Positions 59,960 through 64,000 of a stretch of DNA of 64,000 nucleotides are shown piece by piece (the first letter of the stretch is position 1; each line of letters starts with the position of its first letter). The DNA is taken from assembly GCA_020722005.1 (NCBI GenBank), contig DYLP01000009.1:12227-76226 (forward strand), written 5' to 3'. The translations under genes and the position numbers were made by a program. This DNA comes from Melioribacter roseus. GTDB taxonomy: Bacteria; Bacteroidota; Ignavibacteria; Ignavibacteriales; Melioribacteraceae. The notes under the pieces were generated by a model. That model saw only the letters and a list, made by a program, of their open reading frames with translations, was not told where the DNA came from and did no database searches.

Positions 59960-60426
59960 TCTATACTCACTGCTTGTTCTTGTTTTTTGTACTTATTGAG
60001 AATTTTAGGTATTTCTTTAACGGTCACTCGTCCATAATAATCGTCGTTAATATTAATAACCGGAGCGATACTACAGGCTCCCATACATGCTACAGTTTCG
60101 AGTGTAAATAATTTATCTCGTGTAGTTTGACCCGCGCAAATGCCCAGTTCGTTTTCTAGTGCTGTTAAAATATTAGCTGAATTTTTAACATGGCACGCTG
60201 TTCCCCGGCAAACTCGAATAATATTCTTGCCAAGTGGTGTTAAACGAAACTGATTGTAAAATGTAGCCACGCCGTAAACGCCGCTCACAGACATTCCGAT
60301 GTGGTCGGCAACCTTACGTATTTCTTCCTCAGGTAAATAGCCATAAACTTCCTGGAGATCCTGAAGCATAGCTATTAAATTACTACGGTCATTTTTGGGA
60401 TATTTCTGAAAAATATTGCCTTCCAT
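59956..60426 (-). CDS. hydC: NuoE-like 2Fe-2S subunit (HydC), copy 1
   Basis: VCRGTACHV...CMGACSIAP. Confidence 0.92.
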   Translation of the reverse strand: MEGNIFQKYPKNDRSNLIAMLQDLQEVYGYLPEEEIRKVADHIGMSVSGVYGVATFYNQFRLTPLGKNIIRVCRGTACHVKNSANILTALENELGICAGQTTRDKLFTLETVACMGACSIAPVININDDYYGRVTVKEIPKILNKYKKQEQAVSIE

Positions 60427-60724
60427 GTTATTTTTCTCTTATTTATTTATGTTATTAATTATACACAGATAATATGCCAGAATTTAAGGACAGGAATAAC
60501 TTATTTAACTGTGAAAAATGAGGTTGGTATCCGTTTTTTTACTTCAAACTTTCCTAAGTGTGAGAAAAGTAAAATATGAATTCTAAATTTATAAAGTATA
60601 TTGAGTCTCTTTATGCTATTACATTTCTTTTATTTTGTGCAAAATAATTATGAGAAATAATAATTTTAAAAAATCGGGTTTAAGTTTCGATCTCTGAGCT
60701 GTGAAATTAAATGTTATGAGAGTT

Positions 60725-61219
60725 TTATTGATTTAGATTCGAGTCTTTTTTAAGAACTTCATCTTCCATCATTTTTTTGTACTGAATAATTTTTTCAGAG
60801 AGATTCGAATCGTAAGTAGCTAAAATCTGGATTGCAAGGAGGGCGGCATTCTTTGTACCATCGATTGCAACTGTGGCTACAGGCACTCCACTGGGCATTT
60901 GAACTATCGATAGTAATGAATCAATTCCCTGTAAAGCACCGCTTTTAAGTGGCACTCCAATAACAGGCAGATGAGTGAATGCAGCAACTACGCCGGGTAA
61001 ATGAGCAGCCAAACCAGCTCCAGCAATTACTACCTTAACACCTCTTGTGCTTAATTTTTCAACATAATCCTTCAAATGATTCGGTACTCTATGAGCTGAT
61101 AATATTCTCATTTCATATGAAATATCGAATTGTTCCAAAATTTCGGCAGCTTTTTTCATTACAGGAAGGTCCGAATCGCTACCCATTAGAATGCTTACCA
61201 AAGGATTTTTAGCCGTCAT
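60725..61219 (-). CDS. purE: N5-carboxyaminoimidazole ribonucleotide mutase
   Basis: MGSDSD, SAHR, AGAGLAAHLPG and QMPSGVPVATV. Confidence 0.97.
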   Translation of the reverse strand: MTAKNPLVSILMGSDSDLPVMKKAAEILEQFDISYEMRILSAHRVPNHLKDYVEKLSTRGVKVVIAGAGLAAHLPGVVAAFTHLPVIGVPLKSGALQGIDSLLSIVQMPSGVPVATVAIDGTKNAALLAIQILATYDSNLSEKIIQYKKMMEDEVLKKDSNLNQ

Positions 61220-61284
61220 ATTTGCCTTTCTATTTTATATGAAGATGCATCGCAAATATATAAAAAGGAAATTGCTTAAGACAA

Positions 61285-61929
61285 TTATTTCCTGCTAATC
61301 GAACCAATTCCTGAAACATTTGTTTTTGTCTTGTCTGGGTCACCATAATAATCAATTGAACCGACACCAGATACTGATGCGTTGAGATATTTTGATGCAT
61401 ATACACTGGCGCCTGCAGCACCACTGACAGTTATATAAACATTTTCGGCTTTCAGGGATTTAGCATCAAAATTTCCAGCTCCAGAAATTTCTGCATGTAA
61501 TGTCTTAACTCTACCATCCAACTCTATACTGCCAGCTCCGCTCAGTTCGACGTCAAAATTTTTCGTATCGACATTATAAACGCGCATATTATTTGCACCG
61601 GAGCATTCGATATAATTTAATTCGGGCACTGTTACTACAATTTTTATTTCTTTTCTTGGCGAAATGCTTCTGCGTGTATTGATGATAAGTCGGTTGTGCG
61701 TTACTTTCGTTTCGATAAGAGGCAGAAGATTTTCTTCGGCAGTGATTTCTATCGATTCTTTTTCGCCGCATTTTATTTTTATGTCGTAAGCTCCCCCAAC
61801 TTCAATTTTATTGAAATTTCCTATCTCTCTGGTTTCTGTCCTTAAACTGCCACTACCCCGTACTCCCCAAACTCCACATCCTGCAATATTTATTGCGAGC
61901 ATAAGTAGAATTATAATCTTAACTTTCAT
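61285..61929 (-). CDS. DUF2807/GIN-domain lipoprotein
   Basis: Lipobox-like IAGC, repeated SGAG/SGVG beta-solenoid motifs and YYGDP. Confidence 0.85.
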   Translation of the reverse strand: MKVKIIILLMLAINIAGCGVWGVRGSGSLRTETREIGNFNKIEVGGAYDIKIKCGEKESIEITAEENLLPLIETKVTHNRLIINTRRSISPRKEIKIVVTVPELNYIECSGANNMRVYNVDTKNFDVELSGAGSIELDGRVKTLHAEISGAGNFDAKSLKAENVYITVSGAAGASVYASKYLNASVSGVGSIDYYGDPDKTKTNVSGIGSISRK

Positions 61930-62066
61930 AATACCTCCGCTTGTTGTCTGTTAAGACGTATATAATCTGCAAGGGTTCTCTATAATAAAAAATTTTTTGA
62001 ATTATAGTAAATCCACTTAACTTTTTATATTTTATTTTACAAAAAATCAATTTATCATACTGCCCT

Positions 62067-64000
62067 ATGATGAACGAAGATTTAAATAATCTTCAAACCG
62101 AAATATACGAACATTTATGGAATGGCAGATATCGTTTAGCGCTTACTGCTGCAGAAAAATTATATTCACTTCGACCGAACGACCCAGAAGCAATTATATC
62201 GTTGTCGTGGGCGTATCTCGAAAATGGTAATCCCACCAAAGCACTCGAATATGCAAATTTAGCCGTTGAACTGGATAGCGACTCACCCAGAATACGCTTT
62301 CACCGGGCTTATCTCCTTTCGCGTATGTGTATTTATGAAGGCGCTCTAGCCGATATCAACAATTCGATTGACAACGAAATAAATTTATTGAAATGGACGC
62401 TGGTTACGAAAATACGTGCCTTAGCAGGGTTAAAGAAATATCGAGATGCTCTCAATTTACTAACTAATTCTCCCCTACTGAAAGTTGAGGAAGATGAAAA
62501 GTTAGATGACTTGAAATCACTTCTCCAACTGGCTATTCAAATCTCCGATGTAAATAAGAATCTTGGTAAAAAAGATTCCGAGAAATTACTGGGACTTGCT
62601 ACCGACGCCTTGAATAAAAAAGAATATTGGTTTGCATTGTTAGTTTCAGAAAAGTTACTCCAGTATTCCGAGTATAATCGTGACGAAACTGAGTTGCTCA
62701 ATATTGAATCGATGTTTTATCTTTTTCAGTACCTCCCAGCTTATCGTAAAGCTGAACAGGTTAAAGTAAAATTTGCTCAAAACAAAAAGTTCAATTTTAT
62801 CTATAATTCCCTGTTAAAATTCAGAGAGAGAGAATCAGACGAAGATGATAAATCGATCTATCGAACTACAGAAAATAAGTTCATTTTGCCTGATTTATCG
62901 AAAACAGACGAAAAGTCATCTCAATTTAAAACTAACACCTTCGTTTACCCCAACGAACATATAAAATTGATATCAATTAAAATTTTCGATCCGGAACGTG
63001 AATCAAAAACCGGAGTACGCGAATACTACAAACAAATCGACAAAAGCTGCAGCTGGATTAGCATGGAAGTAATTTTTGACAATCCTGAATTCAATAAAAA
63101 CGATCGCGAATATAATTGCAAAATTGTAACATATATCGACGATGTTGAAGTTGGTACTACAAATTTTAAATTAAACGTTCCAAAAGAATGGGACTCGGTT
63201 ATATTCACTCAAAATATTGGTTCTGAATTATCAGGTTTCTGGAAGAAAGGTCAGGGCAAATTAGAGCTATACGTAAATGAATTTAAGGTCGGTGAAAAAT
63301 ATTTTGGTATAAACGAATATCGTATAAAAGAAAAGGATGAGAAACACGACGAAAAAAGAATTTTAAAAACCAGAGAATCCCAAAATTACGCTAAACCTCC
63401 TGACAATAAATCCCTCGAGGAATTGCTTGGCGAACTCGATTCTTTTATAGGACTGAAAACAATCAAACAAACCGTTCGTGATTTTGTAACATATCTTGAA
63501 TTTATAAAAGAAAGAAAAAAGTACGGATTAAAATCAGAAGAAAAGATAGCAATTAATGCCATTTTTCTAGGAAATCCAGGCACAGGTAAAACTACAATAG
63601 CTCGTTTAATCGGTAATATCTTAAAAGCGATGGGTATACTACCAGTCGGGCACGTTGTGGAAGTCGATCGAGCTGCATTGGTAGGACAGTATATAGGTGA
63701 AACCGCTCAAAAAACAGAAAAAGTTATTCAAGATGCACTGGGCGGAGTTCTTTTTATCGACGAGGCTTATTCTCTTAGTAAAAAAAGTAGCAGCACTCAG
63801 GATTTCGGACAGGAAGCTATCGATATTTTATTGAAAAGAATGGAAGACAAGAAAGGTGAATTCGTTGTTATCGCAGCAGGATATCCAGAAGAAATGAATA
63901 ATTTCCTCGAATCCAATCCTGGACTCAAATCGAGATTCACACATACTTTTATTTTTGAAGACTATACACCTGACGAACTTGTTGACATTTTCAAAAAATC
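62067..64000 (+). CDS. TPR + beta-rich domain + SpoVK/CbbX/EccA-type AAA+ ATPase, 3'-truncated by the window edge (not in ORF track)
   Basis: Hand translation is open from ATG 62067 through the ATPase motifs: TPR-like helices, FLGNPGTGKTT (Walker A), LFIDEAYSL (Walker B), FGQEAIDILLKRME and NPGLKSRF. Confidence 0.88.
   Translation, partial: MMNEDLNNLQTEIYEHLWNGRYRLALTAAEKLYSLRPNDPEAIISLSWAYLENGNPTKALEYANLAVELDSDSPRIRFHRAYLLSRMCIYEGALADINNSIDNEINLLKWTLVTKIRALAGLKKYRDALNLLTNSPLLKVEEDEKLDDLKSLLQLAIQISDVNKNLGKKDSEKLLGLATDALNKKEYWFALLVSEKLLQYSEYNRDETELLNIESMFYLFQYLPAYRKAEQVKVKFAQNKKFNFIYNSLLKFRERESDEDDKSIYRTTENKFILPDLSKTDEKSSQFKTNTFVYPNEHIKLISIKIFDPERESKTGVREYYKQIDKSCSWISMEVIFDNPEFNKNDREYNCKIVTYIDDVEVGTTNFKLNVPKEWDSVIFTQNIGSELSGFWKKGQGKLELYVNEFKVGEKYFGINEYRIKEKDEKHDEKRILKTRESQNYAKPPDNKSLEELLGELDSFIGLKTIKQTVRDFVTYLEFIKERKKYGLKSEEKIAINAIFLGNPGTGKTTIARLIGNILKAMGILPVGHVVEVDRAALVGQYIGETAQKTEKVIQDALGGVLFIDEAYSLSKKSSSTQDFGQEAIDILLKRMEDKKGEFVVIAAGYPEEMNNFLESNPGLKSRFTHTFIFEDYTPDELVDIFKK

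Noticed and set aside
48362-60426. Respiratory complex I nuoE/F/G genes
   Set aside because: The NuoG-like proteins carry complete H-cluster motifs, and no membrane Nuo subunits are present.
60465-60480. Sigma54-like TGGCA on the minus strand upstream of hydC
   Set aside because: The -12 element reads CTGT rather than TTGC, and no enhancer-binding protein is nearby.
211-63583. The many 60-190 aa ORFs antisense to or nested in long genes (e.g. 211-654, 5210-5788, 9223-9675, 33347-33772, 48648-49046, 56559-56954)
   Set aside because: Shadow frames of well-supported genes, with no motifs or RBS.
1-64000. CRISPR arrays, rRNA, IS elements, prophage genes
   Set aside because: No spaced direct repeats, rRNA-like tracts, transposase or phage structural motifs seen by eye.

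Overview
AT-rich, densely coding bacterial chromosome segment. Gene content and order (UPF0173 hydrolase-parA-parB-DUF5683, folP-cdaA, holB-ricT, DUF2795, hprK, strong Shine-Dalgarno use) suggest an FCB-group organism, most likely Ignavibacteriota; this is inference, not a database result. About 1-46.8 kb is mostly housekeeping. It contains a 28-bp dif site at 20424-20451, exactly where gene orientation flips from + to -, so the window probably spans the replication terminus. It also has tRNA-Pro(GGG) beside an orphan Mrr_N-like winged-helix gene, a GH10/GH67 xylan pair and three GT9 LPS transferases. The standout is a ~12-kb minus-strand operon (48362-60426). It encodes two different trimeric [FeFe]-hydrogenases: one with electron-bifurcating HydB signatures and one with non-bifurcating, NADH-only signatures. 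Between them lie a sensory [FeFe]-hydrogenase fused to a histidine kinase, a REC-PAS-kinase hybrid and two stand-alone receivers, with no DNA-binding regulator. The window ends in a TPR/beta-domain/SpoVK-CbbX-type AAA+ ORF absent from the supplied track. No CRISPR array, rRNA, transposase or prophage was seen. All assignments are by motif recognition; no searches were run.
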